64,000 nt of DNA from Lama glama (taxonomy: Eukaryota), in contig CM052817.1 of NCBI GenBank assembly GCA_028534125.1, positions 91,514,001-91,578,000 on the forward strand, in the 5' to 3' direction. Position 1 is the stretch's first letter, and each line of letters starts with the position of its first letter. Positions 25,742 to 37,515 of the stretch are shown here, piece by piece. A program made the translations under genes and the position numbers. The notes beneath the pieces are model-generated. The model ran no database searches and had not been told where the DNA came from. It saw nothing but the letters and a program-made list of their open reading frames with translations.

Positions 25742-26671
25742 CTATAAAATGTTGATGTTAATTTACTGTTTAGGTACTAAAATTAAAGTTCTTGTTATTT
25801 ACAATGTACTTTCCATCATATGATATTTGGGGTAGTATTAAACAGTGATATGGTAATCTGGTGGAGGCCAACAAGACCAACGTTATACTTCTCTGGGGAA
25901 CTGATTCCTGCTATCAAATAGGATGGACAGGAAACTAGAGTTGTGAGAAGAGCCCTTATACAGGCCAGTGGTTCTCAATGAGAGGGGGAGGGGACATAAT
26001 TTTAAACTCCAGGGGCATTTGGTAAAGTCTAGAGATGGTTTGGGCTGTTACAACTAGTATATTACTATCTGCCACTGGCAGATAGTGGGTAGAAGCCAAG
26101 TATGCTACTAAACGTCTTACAATGTACAGGACAGCTGCCCACGGCAAAATATTATCTGGCTCACAGCGAAAGACAAATGCTTTATGATACCACTTATATC
26201 TGGAATCTTAAAAGTATAAATGTATGTATATCCAAAACAGAAATAGACTCACAGATATAGAAAACAAACTTGTTACCAACAGGGAGAGGGGAAGGGTGAG
26301 GGACAAATTAGAGGTATGGGATTAACAGATACAAATTACTATGTGTAAAATAAAACAGCAAGGATATACTGTATAGCACAGGGAATTATAGCTACTATCT
26401 TATAATAACCTATAATGGAGTATAAGCTGCAAAAATACTGAAATCACTATGTTAGACACGTGAAACTAATATTGTAAATCAACTATACTTACAAAAAAAA
26501 AAAGAATTATATGGCTCGAAATATGCCAAGGTTGATAAGCTCTTACGTAGGCAAGCAAGCGAACTCTCTTTTGTCTTCCATCCTCAGGTCTGAATTTAAA
26601 GAGTGAAGTGTAGGATCTTTTCCTTGGTAATACCAGTTAAAAAATGGCTCTGCCACAGGGAGGTGGCATCT
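25742..26671 (-). pseudogene. Relic exon (343 nt after removing the inserted MER20)
   Basis: Acceptor TTTTCCACTTTTGTTTACTGAAG|, donor TAG|GTAAGT; protein-like sequence runs across the MER20 target site. Confidence 0.55.
25966..26544. mobile_element. MER20 (hAT-Charlie) carrying a nested L1 3' end (~26165-26505, + strand)
   Basis: CAGTGGTTCTCAA start; 8-bp TSD ATACAGGC/ACGTAGGC; nested L1 flanked by ATTATCTGGCTC/ATTATATGGCTC. Confidence 0.8.
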
Positions 26672-26796
26672 CTTCAGTAAACAAAAGTGGAAAATGAGTA
26701 GTTACATCTTGTACATAAGGTTACCCTCATTTTGTTTTTAATATCCATTCAGTTTTTTTTTCCTACTAGAAAAATACTTTCAAATACCCATCTTAC

Positions 26797-27100
26797 CCTG
26801 AACCATGTATAATGTTCCAGTTGTACTGCTAAAGGATCCGAATTCAGTCTCTCCTCAGCTCTGTGGTAAATTATTAAGCAAAGGAAGGGTTCATGTTTAT
26901 ATTTGAGGCCAAGTGGCTTATGCTTTGGCAGCAAGTAGTGAAAAACTCCAAGGACAAAATGAATTCTCAGGAAATAGGGCTGCATAATCCATCACTTTTC
27001 CTGACAGTAGAATCTCCTTCAGGCATCAAACCTGGAGGTTCTGGGGTTATTCAGTTAAGAAGAGTGACATACACTTTAGTCACATAAGGAATCTCTCAAA
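26797..27100 (-). pseudogene. Relic exon (304 nt)
   Basis: ATTTTCAATTTGCAG| ... AGG|GTAAGA; 125-nt intron to the next exon; reading frame ambiguous. Confidence 0.5.
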
Positions 27101-28349
27101 CTGCAAATTGAAAATATCAAATTCCTGATAACAATGGCAAGTGTCTATGATGATTTTTCCATCTGAGTGGTGCTGAACTGTGTATAACTGGTAAAGGGTT
27201 CAAATTAATAATCCTTCACAAGCAATTTCTCACCTCACTCACTTATTCATCATTTGCTGAATAACAATGAGCTGAAAGTCAGTAGTCAAGAGTTGACAAT
27301 CTAGTTGAAAGGCACAGCATATAACTATGAAACTTAAACAGCAAAGACAGTATAAGCCCAATGAGCAATACCCAAAAAGCGTATTAGATTTAGAATAAAT
27401 CAACAACATTCTGAACTGAAGTAATCAGGAAAAGCTTCAGAGATGAGACTTCTGAGCCAGAAATGGAATATAAATAGGATAAACAGGTAAGAAAAAGAAT
27501 TTCTGGTGCAGTTTAGCATGAGCTAAACCAAAACAGCCAGAACACAAAAAAGAAAGAGCAAGGGTCTTGGGATGCAGAGTCATGATGCTTTTTTCACCAC
27601 CTTTTGAAATTACCCGATTATCCGCAGCTTTGAATTCTTCAACTGCTTTTTATCATTAAATCTTCAGATTCTATCCTTTAAATGGGATAAGTAGAGTAGA
27701 TTAGAGGAATATATTTCAAGGCCCTCTCATAGTTTCTGGGATGATTAATGTTCACGGAAATAACCTCACAGATGAACATTTAGGATTTTCCAGGCCATGG
27801 TCTGGTTTCTGTCACAGGAAACTTAATAAATGTAATTGGCATACACAGTCAACAAGGTGAGTAAACTTTCTCCTCCTGGCTAACAGAACTTGGTATATCA
27901 ATAAACTGCATAAAGTTTTTCTTTTACCACAACAGAAACTATTGTATAATAAGGCTTTTGCAAATTCCTGGCAACTCGGCATGCTCAGGTTCTACCACTA
28001 ATTTGCTCTGGCCACATTTTCATTTTATCTATTGAAATAAGCAGTTTATCTCCTTTCCTAGGACTTCTAGTGCTCTATTGTTCCCCTCATTCTATTTAAG
28101 GGACGCCATGTCCTCTCTGTAGTCCTTGTATTTGCAAACGGCATAACCATACGCTCAAACAGAAAAAAACCAAACCAAACCAAAAACCCACTCTTGTTAT
28201 TACAAGACAAAACAAAGCTTTCCACAAAAAGCAGTGTTTGCATATTTTGGACTTTTTCTATGACTCAATGAATGGTAGGTTCCCTCGCAAGAATTCATGG
28301 TAATCCAGGGATTCTTTAAGGTTGAGTGGGCTCGTCTAATAATATTGTC

Positions 28350-29760
28350 CTCAGATATATGGACAAAGACAACTTCCGCGTGCGCTCTGTAACATTTAAT
28401 GGCTACATCACCGTCACCCAAGCACGAGGGAACAATGAGTTTTATTCTCACCAGAGACGCCGTCTAGTAACAGCTCTTGGGTTCAATGCCCTGAGGTGGT
28501 CCACCTGTGACCTGCTCAACTTCTTGGGCCCCGAACCCTGGGCACCTGGGTCCCGCGGATATCGAAATATTGCTAGGGCGACTAAAAAAATTCTCTGTGC
28601 AGAGGCGGCGGGCGGCCTCGAACTCACACCTGCTCCCGGACACCCCATGCTCCTGCCAAGGCTCAAGCTCCGCGCGGCCCGGAGGTCGCTTTTAAGTGTC
28701 TCCCGCGCCCCGGGGGCTTCCAGCAGCTCCTCGGGCCCCACCTCTCCCAGCCGTTGTCGCTGTCCCAACTCCAGCGATCCAGAGAACTTCGAGGAGACAG
28801 GGAGCACAGCCGACACCGCAGGCCCCGGCAGCAAGGTAAGGGAACCCGCCTCCACCTCCAAGTCCAGGGAAGCCCCAACGGTACGTCGATGACAGCACCG
28901 AACCCGACGCCCGAGCCTTCCGAAGACTACGTAGCCTCACCAGGTACACGCCCCCGTTGAAACGGCTCTTCGGCCCTCTCGCGAGAGAGTGCCTGGTGGT
29001 ACCTCCTTCCTTTCAGCTGTCTTTCTCTCCCCGCCCCCAGAGTGCTCGCGCGGCTTCCTCCGGTGGGCGGTAGCCTTGGACGTGGCGGGGCCGGGCCAGC
29101 CTGGGCGCCGGGCCTCGGGTGCTCTGCTTAGCTGCTCGGCAGCTGGCCTTCCGCGCCCCCGTCAAGCCCCCGACAGACCCGGTGCCTTCCCAGGTAGACG
29201 GGCGCCCGGCCGAGTGACGCTGGGGTGGGGCCGTGGGCCGGGGGGTGGGTCAGCGAGGCCGGGCTGGTGGGCGCCACACCTGCGGGGGCGGGCGTGGGAG
29301 GTTGCGCACGCGCGCTGTGGGTCTGGAGGGAGGTGGCTCCTGGGACGTTGCGCAGCGGAGCCGGCGAGCTAGGCGCGCTCGCTCACAGTGGCGTAACCTC
29401 TCTGCCTCTCTGCGTCTCCTTCCCTCAGTTTGGGGCGGGTCAGGAGAATGGCTTCAGAGATAGAGTCGTCGCTCGAGGCGAGCTTCTCGTCCAGCGGTGC
29501 GATGTCAGGGGCCTCAGCGTTTCTGCCTCCGGCTCGCTCCCGCATCTTCAAAATAATCGTGATTGGCGACTCCAATGTGGGCAAAACGTGCCTGACCTAC
29601 CGTTTCTGCGCCGGCCGCTTCCCTGACCGTACCGAGGCTACTATCGGGGTGGACTTCCGAGAACGAGCAGTGGAGATTGATGGGGAGCGTATCAAGGTGA
29701 GCGGATGGGAGACTGCCAGGTAGCCCCGGCATGACAAGTGCCCCAACTCCTCCGTGGGTT
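28350..29760. promoter_or_regulatory. CpG island / probable bidirectional promoter of RAB33B
   Basis: High GC and CpG density; TCTCGCGAGA palindrome (BANP/ZBTB33-type) at 28977-28986; NRF1-like TGCGCACGCGCG at 29303-29314; GC boxes at ~29284-29295. Confidence 0.9.
29448..29696 (+). CDS. RAB33B: Ras-related protein Rab-33B, coding exon 1 (83 codons)
   Basis: MASEIESS...[14 protein letters not shown] (P-loop)...TIGVDF...ERIK, then phase-0 donor AAG|GTGAGC. Confidence 0.98.
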
Positions 29761-29850
29761 AACTGCTGGCCCTGTGCTCCATCTTCTCTCACACTGATGA
29801 GGATGTTGGAGTCGGGGATTGGAAGGCTGTGTATGTAGCAAACTTATAAG

Positions 29851-29985
29851 GCAGTGCTTCTCAAACTTCAATATGCATACGATTTACCTGGGGATTTTTT
29901 TTTTTAAGGTATAGATTCTGATTTGGTAAGGTCCCAGGTGATGCAGATGCAGCTTGTCTGTGGACCACATAATTGAGTAGCCAGG
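29851..29985. mobile_element. MER5A-type hAT element
   Basis: CAGTGCTTCTCAAACTT...GGACCACA...TGAGTAGC. Confidence 0.65.
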
Positions 29986-31129
29986 GTGCAGAGGGTATCC
30001 ACTGACTCATCTGCTGTGTCTCACGTGCTGGGAGTTAGTGAAGTAAGATCGAAGAGAAAAACAGTGAAATTTCTCAAGCACAGGAATTTCATGTAATAAA
30101 TATTATTTATTAAACATTCATTTGAGTACTGCCTTGGGTATTATGGAAGTAAAGCCCTGTTGCCTTTGAGGAAGTACCTAGGTGTTCTCGTGCATACAGT
30201 TTTGCTACAGTAGTTTCGGTATGACATTGAGTTGTTCAGAAAAATTTATTTTCCTGCGGAAACATTCTGTAGTTCCTACTTGGTTCTTACTTGGATTGCC
30301 AGAAGCACATGCTCAATGCCACCTTCTCAGTTTTTTAAGCCCCATTGGTGGCTCCTGAGACTGGAGACAACAGTAGCAGTGGAGGACGTAGTAAGCCCAA
30401 GGCCAAGCCTGGGGTTCTGAGGGGTTGGAATAGGGATTTGGAGAATAAGGATCAGTAACAGGGCTGAGGCTTCCTGATGATGTAAATTTTAGACACACTT
30501 CCTCTCTCTGAGCCACTACTAACCTTTCAGCCACCTGCTAATATTATCGCTTAAAACATGTGAACCCGAGGAACTGCTCTGCCTTCCTTATACTACATTT
30601 ATTTTTTCACTTTAAATTAGGATGTTCTTTACCTCAGTCCCCCGTGGGGGGAAAAAAAAAAGCTAACTTCTTTCCCACCCTCACGTCCTTGAAGTAGGAA
30701 CAATTTATTTTTAGTTTCCTAACCACTACCCCACCTCCTCACCCACAAAGGGATTTTACTGCTAATCACAGTAAAGGAGAAAAAAGATTGAAAAGAAATC
30801 AGTATTCTGTAGGCCCTTTTGCCTTATAATTTTCACTTTAATTTTTAATTGTCCCATTCAAGCTGCCAGTGGTGGTCCTTTGGATGCACTGTATTAGGGA
30901 GTTAAAGATTTGTATACTTTGCAAGGGAAAAGGTAGAATAAGAGGCTGAATATTTTTCAACAGAATTAAGTTAGGCCCAGGAACTTGTGTAAGAGGAAAA
31001 TAATGGGGCTTCTGAGGTTTGAGAGGGAGTGTAGTTTGGGAGAAGGAGTTCTGAGAGAAAGTGTTTGGGCTTTGGAGCCCAACTGGCCTAGCTCAGATCT
31101 GAACCTGTGAAAGGGCTGTCTGTCCTTCA

Positions 31130-31232
31130 TAGGGTGATGAACTTTGCCTGAGACTGTCCCAGTTTTAAAACTGAAGTCCCACATCCCAGGAACCCCCTCC
31201 ATCTTAGGCGAACTGGGGTAGTTGGTTACTCT
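31130..31232. mobile_element. MER81-like hAT element nested in a MIR
   Basis: TAGGGTG...CTCTA termini; TSD GTCCTTCA/GTCCTTAG. Confidence 0.6.
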
Positions 31233-32585
31233 AGTCCTTAGGCAGTTTCCTTCATCTTTCCAAGTCTATTTTCTCATCTGAAAAATTGGGATAGTAATAA
31301 TGTATCAGAACTGAATCACTATGCTGGACACCAGAAATTAACAGAACATTGTAAACCGACTATACTTCAGTCAAAGATAATAATAATACTGAATCAGGCT
31401 AATGTGAGGATTAGATGAGAACATATATGAGGCACCTGGTTCATAGTTGGTAATCTGAAGAAGATTCTTCCTTGGTGGCTTAACATCATTGTTTCTCTTT
31501 GGCACCATCAGTTCTGTGGCTGCACAACCAGAGAGTGAAACACAGATAGAGCAGACAGCTGAAGGGAAGAGAAATTGCCCCATGTGGGATCAGGGTAACA
31601 CAGGGAATGGAGGCTGGAAGGAGCTGGGGTTCAGTGGCCCTTTACCTGCATCTGAGTTGCCATTTATACTTAAAGGTGAATCAGGTGCAAATTTAAGAAA
31701 TACTTACAGCATATTAAAAATATATATATAAAATATGTCCAGTGCAGAACATTGAATGCTTAACTAGTGGGATTAGTGCTGGCATTGATAAATAAACCAG
31801 AACCACATATGTGATGAATCTGGGAGCCCAGAATTGATCCTTCTGGTTGAGAGAGGCAAAGAGAAAACCTTTTTCTCTGGGTTGATTCTTCCTGAGCTTT
31901 ATCTTAACCTGATAGGTTGATAGGGACACTGAGTTGATATCCTAGTCGACAGGGACACTGAGTTTCTTTTTCTCCTTACTAAGGCCTTAACTATTGACTT
32001 CTACCTCCAACTGTAAGACTTGAGAGAGATTTTTATTGTGATTGAAAAGACTGAAGAAATGTTCAGAGATTTCTGTAGTAGAAAAAGATAGGGCTATTTT
32101 GGAAATTTGTTTTTTTGGTGTCTTAAAAAAAAAGTGATATAGAAGAGCTTTATTCCATGTGTTGCTGCTGCTTCTTTTTTGTTAACCTATAATATATCTT
32201 AAGTACTGCTGAAATGTTCATATTACTGCTTTGGAAAATTATAAGCCTAATCTGAACTGTCATTTCTTCTAATTTTTCATCTTAAAGTGGAAACTGGAAA
32301 GCTCTACGTTACTTTGCTAATAAAATTACCTTCTAGACATTATATTTGTTTGATAAAAATGAGATACTGTGTTAAATGTTTTGTGGACTAGAAATTTTTC
32401 AGAGCATGTCTTATTAAAATAGCAGTGCTATTTTCGAATCACCTAAAATGCTTTATTAAATGCAGTGAAGTCTATATTTGCTAATCTGTTCCTAAGTACT
32501 ATATATATAAAATTGGAAGAGTAAAATTTTGTTTGTAGAGTTTTGGAAGTCAAAATTATAAAGTTAACTCCTTAAATAGAAATAC

Positions 32586-32766
32586 ATTTTATTTTATTTT
32601 ATTTTATTTTATTTTTTTAAGGGGGGGAAGTAGTTAGGTTTATTTATTTATTTATATATATATTTATTTATTTATTTATTTATTTTTGGAGGAGGTACTG
32701 GGGATTGAACCCAGGATCTTGTGTGTGCTAAGTATGCACTCTTCCATTTGAGCTATACCCTCCCCT
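32586..32766 (-). mobile_element. tRNA-derived camelid-type SINE with (TAAA)n/(TAAAA)n tail
   Basis: Antisense of GGGGAGGGTATAGCTCA(A box)...GGGTTCAATCCCCAGTACCTCC(B box); ATACATTT on both flanks. Confidence 0.85.
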
Positions 32767-33289
32767 TCATACATTTGATTTGTAAATTAAAACTCTAATC
32801 CTTATGCTCCTTCCTTATATGTGTTTCCTCATCATAACTAGCTACGTTCCTTTCATGTCAGCACGGGACAGTGGCAGCACCAACAGAATCATTAAAGCCT
32901 AGTGTTGGGTTTAATCCATCCTGTCACTAGGGATCAGCAGTTCCTGTCTGAACATTGGGATAGCTTACTTGTCATTTGTAGTGGTGTGAATTTTGCCATA
33001 TTAAATATGAGATTTTAATATTAACTAAAAGAAAATAATCAGCACCGCTTCACCCCAATCCCCCCACTGGTAAATCAAACCCTTAATGAGTAATTGCTGA
33101 AAAGAAGACATTCTGTTAGGAACAAAGAATTATGATCCAGTGCAGGGGTCAACAAACCATGCTTGAGGGCCAAACAAAACAGTGTGCTGCTGGTTTTGTT
33201 TTTGTTTTTTTTAATTGAAATAGAGTTGATGTACAATATTATGTTAGTTTTAGGTGTACTACATAGTGATTTTGATATTTAAAAAAAAT

Positions 33290-33370
33290 TTTTTTTAATG
33301 GAGGTACTGGGGGTTGAATCCAGGACCGTGTGCATGCCAAGCATGCACTGTACCACTGAGCTATACCCTT
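33290..33370 (-). mobile_element. tRNA-derived camelid-type SINE adjacent to a short L1 3' tail
   Basis: Same A/B-box core as the 32586-32766 copy. Confidence 0.8.
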
Positions 33371-36300
33371 CAAGTACCCTATAGTCCAGCCATTTATTTG
33401 CTGATCCCTATGTTTTCCTCTTGCATTTCCCACTCTGCCTGGAATATTCTCCCTTCCCGTGTTTCACCACGTGTAATTCTTCCTCATTCAACTCAGTGTA
33501 TTTCTATTAGGAATTCCCCTACCACTTATTCTCCATTCTATCCTTCTGTGAACTCTCTTTAGCACCTTGCCTGACCCTTTAAATTATCTCTTTCCTCATT
33601 GTATTGTATATATGTCTACCTCCCTTGTTAGGTCTCATTCATTCTTATTCAGAACAGGGTCCAGGTGTGGTGAGTCCATAGATACCTTCTAGTGTGTAGT
33701 TCGGTTTCTAAACTATGCAATACTTGGGATAAGTGTTGAATGTATGGAGGCAGGAGATCAATTGGTAGGCTGCTCTGGAAATCCAGAATTGAGGTGATAA
33801 GGGACGCTAATGGAAAGAAAGAGGTAATAAAAGAGGTATTCTGATGATAAAGCCAAAAGGCTTCAGTAGCTGGCTTTTGGTAATGAGAAGAAAGAGGACT
33901 CTGGCTGACTGGAGGTAGGTAGTACCTTCAGTAGAGAGGAGTACAGTATGGAACATTGAATTTTCAGAGGCTCCATAAAAAGTTTTGTTTTAGTTGTTTT
34001 TTTTGTTGTTGTTGTTGTTGATACGGTGGTATATTCAAATGGAAATGTCTGATTGGCAGTTAGAAGTGTGGAATTGGAGGAAATAACCATGAAGAGGCAG
34101 ACGAAGTTTGGGCACACAGATAGATGAGAACAGAATGCCCGATGCAGTTAACATGCATAGACAGTGGAGTAGAGGTTTGTTTCATAGTATGATGAAGATG
34201 GTATGTGATGAATGCTGAAGCCAGGTGTAAGTCAGATTATTTACCTTTATCCATTGTTCTTTCTTGATCTTTATTAAAAGTAACCTGATGCTTGTAAGTC
34301 AAAGAATATTTTATAAGACATTGTCTTATGCCTTACCTTACTAGAATTAAATTGCTAATTCATCTTAGAATGTAATGATGGTCACTAGGGAGATGCCAAA
34401 TTGGTCCTCTTGATTTGATTTGCATTGAAATTCAGTGAATGAGAGTATTAGCAGTCGGGGTACCCTACAAAGAATCTTAGTTTGTGACTACTTAGCTCAG
34501 AAAACTTGGGTCTAGTCTGACAGAAAGTTTGTATTGTGGTGGTTTGGTCCTGGCCTGTGATACAAGCCATGTACATTTCCGAAGACCCAAGCCTTTCCAC
34601 TATCTGAAGGATCCCTGGAACCAGTTCAGAGCTCTCATTGTTTTTCCAGCCTGATTTCAGAAGCCTGTGATTCTTGTACCTCTTCTTACAAAGGTGGAAA
34701 CGTGGTGTGTGTCCTCAGGTGTTGGGATGTGATAGAATTATTTACTTCCCAGGAACCTTTGATCAGTTAAGATCTTTTGCTTTGGAGTCTGTGTTAGGAC
34801 TCTGTACTCAAATTAGCATACAGAAAATGAAAATCTTGTTTCACATAACTGAAAACGCAGAAGTAAAAAAGTTCTCTTTCTGTGAGTTCTGACACCAGTC
34901 CTAAAATGGAGACTCAGTGAGTCTGATGATTGAGGCACATGACCATTCCTGAGCTGTGGTGGTGATGCGGGAGCCCGTGGGACTGGTCACGTGTCTAGCT
35001 GGGAAACCAGGGGTTCACATGAATTGAAGGCAGGGGAGGGATGGTTCCCCAAGGAAAATGAGGTGCTGTTAACAAAAGTGGGAGTGGAGGCTAGGCTGGG
35101 AAAACCAGCATGCATCCACTACAGAATCAGCCCAGGTTTAAATCCTTAAGACTTCATGGTATAACTGAGTCAGTATGTGGCACACCTGAATGAACACAAT
35201 ATGGTAAATCAGCTATACTTCAGTTTCTTAAAAAAAGACTTTGTAGTAGCTTTGTGACCTCAGGTGAATTTTTTAACCTTAAATTTGACCTTACTGCAAA
35301 ATTGGGTAATTATTACATAGGGTTGTATATATTAAATAAGATAGTGCATATAAAGGACTTAGCATAGTGACTGGAATGTGCTTGGGCTGTGCTAAGCCCC
35401 AAATAAATATCAGTAGTTTAAGAGTAATCACTAATACCTTCAGGAGAGATAGCAATAATGAAAAGTAAATAAGCAGAGAAAGCATTGGGAAAGAGAATAG
35501 CTAAGACTGCTGTTTCCAAATTGTATATATTCTAAAGTAACAGCTAATTTAAAAAAAAAACTAAAAAGATCAGCCTACAGTGTCCCATAAATTAGCTCTG
35601 ATTTTAATATTGAAACAGTCTCTTGAAAGGGTGAATGACTGGATCAAGGTCACACAAGTTGGAGGCAGTGTGGAATTTATAACCCAGGGCTTCCAGCTCT
35701 TGCTTCTTTTCTCTCCCTGCTTACTCTCTTCCTGTCCCTTTCATTATGCTATAATTAAATTCTTCATTTAAAGTATTCCTTTCAAATAGTCACACAAAAT
35801 TTGTTGCTTCTCCTTGCTAGGGAAGCTAAAATTTATTTTAAAAATTTGCCATTTGGATCTATACATCAGATACACATATTTATTTCTACTGTGTACCAAA
35901 AGCAAAAAGAGTTCTCCTGAAATGTTACAAATACTGGTTATGATGTTAATTTATATCAGCGTTTATGTAATTATCAGATGATCTTTTATATAGGCTGCTT
36001 AGAAGCAAAAATAATAAAAATGTGTTCTTTGAAAAGACAGGGGAAGAGGAAATTTGATAGCTGATCGAACAAGGAAAGATCATTTGGGCTAATACCTTTA
36101 TTCTTTTTAGTCAAGTAAAAGAAGTGTTAAATTAATTTAGTGAGATCATCTCTCACTTTGTTAATAAAACAACCAAAAGTGCTTTCATGAAAAATAAGAA
36201 TCTAGATTTAGCAAATAGGTTGCCTTTTTCTTGGAACCTGATTTTAGAGTTTAGAGTTTCATGAAATATTATTAGTGTATTTTATGTTGTCTATGTAATG

Positions 36301-36788
36301 TTTAAAATGGGAGTAGTATCTGTAGACACACCTATGAGTCATTTTCTTTCCTAATATATTAAGTATTAAATTGGGGAAAACAGCTCTGAAAATATTCCCT
36401 AACTTAACATTTCCCAGACAACAGTATGTCACTTCCTTAGGTTCTAAAGTGTCATTCTCTCTCTTTTTTAAACATTGTGAACCACTTCACTCAGAGTTAA
36501 ACCTCAAGATTTTTCTAGGTTATCATGAGGTTTGTTCCCCACTGGGTATCTATTTGTGTCTCTCATTTAGTCAAAGTTTTCTCCAGCCTTTTATCGCTGA
36601 CAGTTTTTATCAGTTGTCCTGACCTTTCTTTGCCGGGTCTCTCCCTGCTCCTTCCCTGTCCCCTTGCCCTCATCTCAGTGTCCTGCACAGACCTGAAAGG
36701 CAGCAGGCAGCATAGCAGTGTCTGCATCCTATGCCTGCACTTGTTCTAGCAGTTCTGTGAGCGAAACTTTGAAGCTTCCTTTTAAATA

Positions 36789-37515
36789 CAGTCAGCCCTC
36801 CGTATCCGTGGGGAAATATTTGAGTAAAATAATGCCATTTGCAGCAACATGGATGGACCTGGAGATCGTCATTCTAAGTGAAATAAGTCAGAAATAGAAA
36901 GAAAAATACCGTATGATACCATTCGTATGTGGAATCTAAAGAAAAGAAAAAGGGAAAAGAAGACACTAATGAACTCGTCTACAAAGCAGAAACAGAGTCA
37001 CAGACATAGTAAATCTTATGTTTATGGAGGAAGGGAGTGGGAAGGGATAAATTTGAGAGTTTGAGATTTGCAAATGATAACCACTATATATAAAAATAGA
37101 TAAACAAATTTCTTCTGTATAGCACAGGGAAACTATATTCAGTATGTTGTAATAACCTTTAATGAAAAACAACATGAAAATGAATATATGTATATATATG
37201 CATAACTAGGACCTTATGCTGTATACCAGAAATTGACATACTGTAATTGACTATACTTCAATTAAAAAAAAAATTCCAGAAAGCTCCTAAAAAGCAAACT
37301 TGATTTGCCCCTTGCTGGCAACTATTTACGTAGTATTTATATTGCATTAGGTATTATAAATAATATAGAGATGATTTAAAGTTTATGGATGTGTGAAGAT
37401 TATGTGCAAATACTATGCCATTTTATATAAAGGACTTGAGCATCCGTGGATTTGGGTATTTGAGGAGAGCAGGATCCTGGAACCAATCCCCCTGGGGAGT
37501 ATTGAGAGACAATTG
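36789..37515. mobile_element. MER2-type element split by an L1 3' end (~36824-37272, + strand)
   Basis: MER2 ends match the 18286-18598 copy; the insert is the reverse complement of the L1 3' UTR seen at 19.8 kb. Confidence 0.8.

Larger units (their letters stand above)
855..27100 (-). pseudogene. Decayed multi-exon protein-coding gene (putative unitary pseudogene, possibly multi-RGS-domain, RGS22/RGSL1-like), divergent from RAB33B; probably continues left of the window
   Basis: About 18 minus-strand segments in non-repeat DNA, most with a polypyrimidine-AG acceptor and a GT donor. Phases chain without frameshift across several runs of consecutive exons. In-frame stops are often one transition from CGA/CAA/CAG. 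MER20 and L1 insertions lie inside exons. Confidence 0.75.

Noticed and set aside
31922..31964. 14-bp direct repeat around GATATC...GTCGAC (EcoRV and SalI sites), suggesting a linker artefact
   Set aside because: Similarity extends upstream of both copies, so a diverged ~29-bp tandem duplication explains it.
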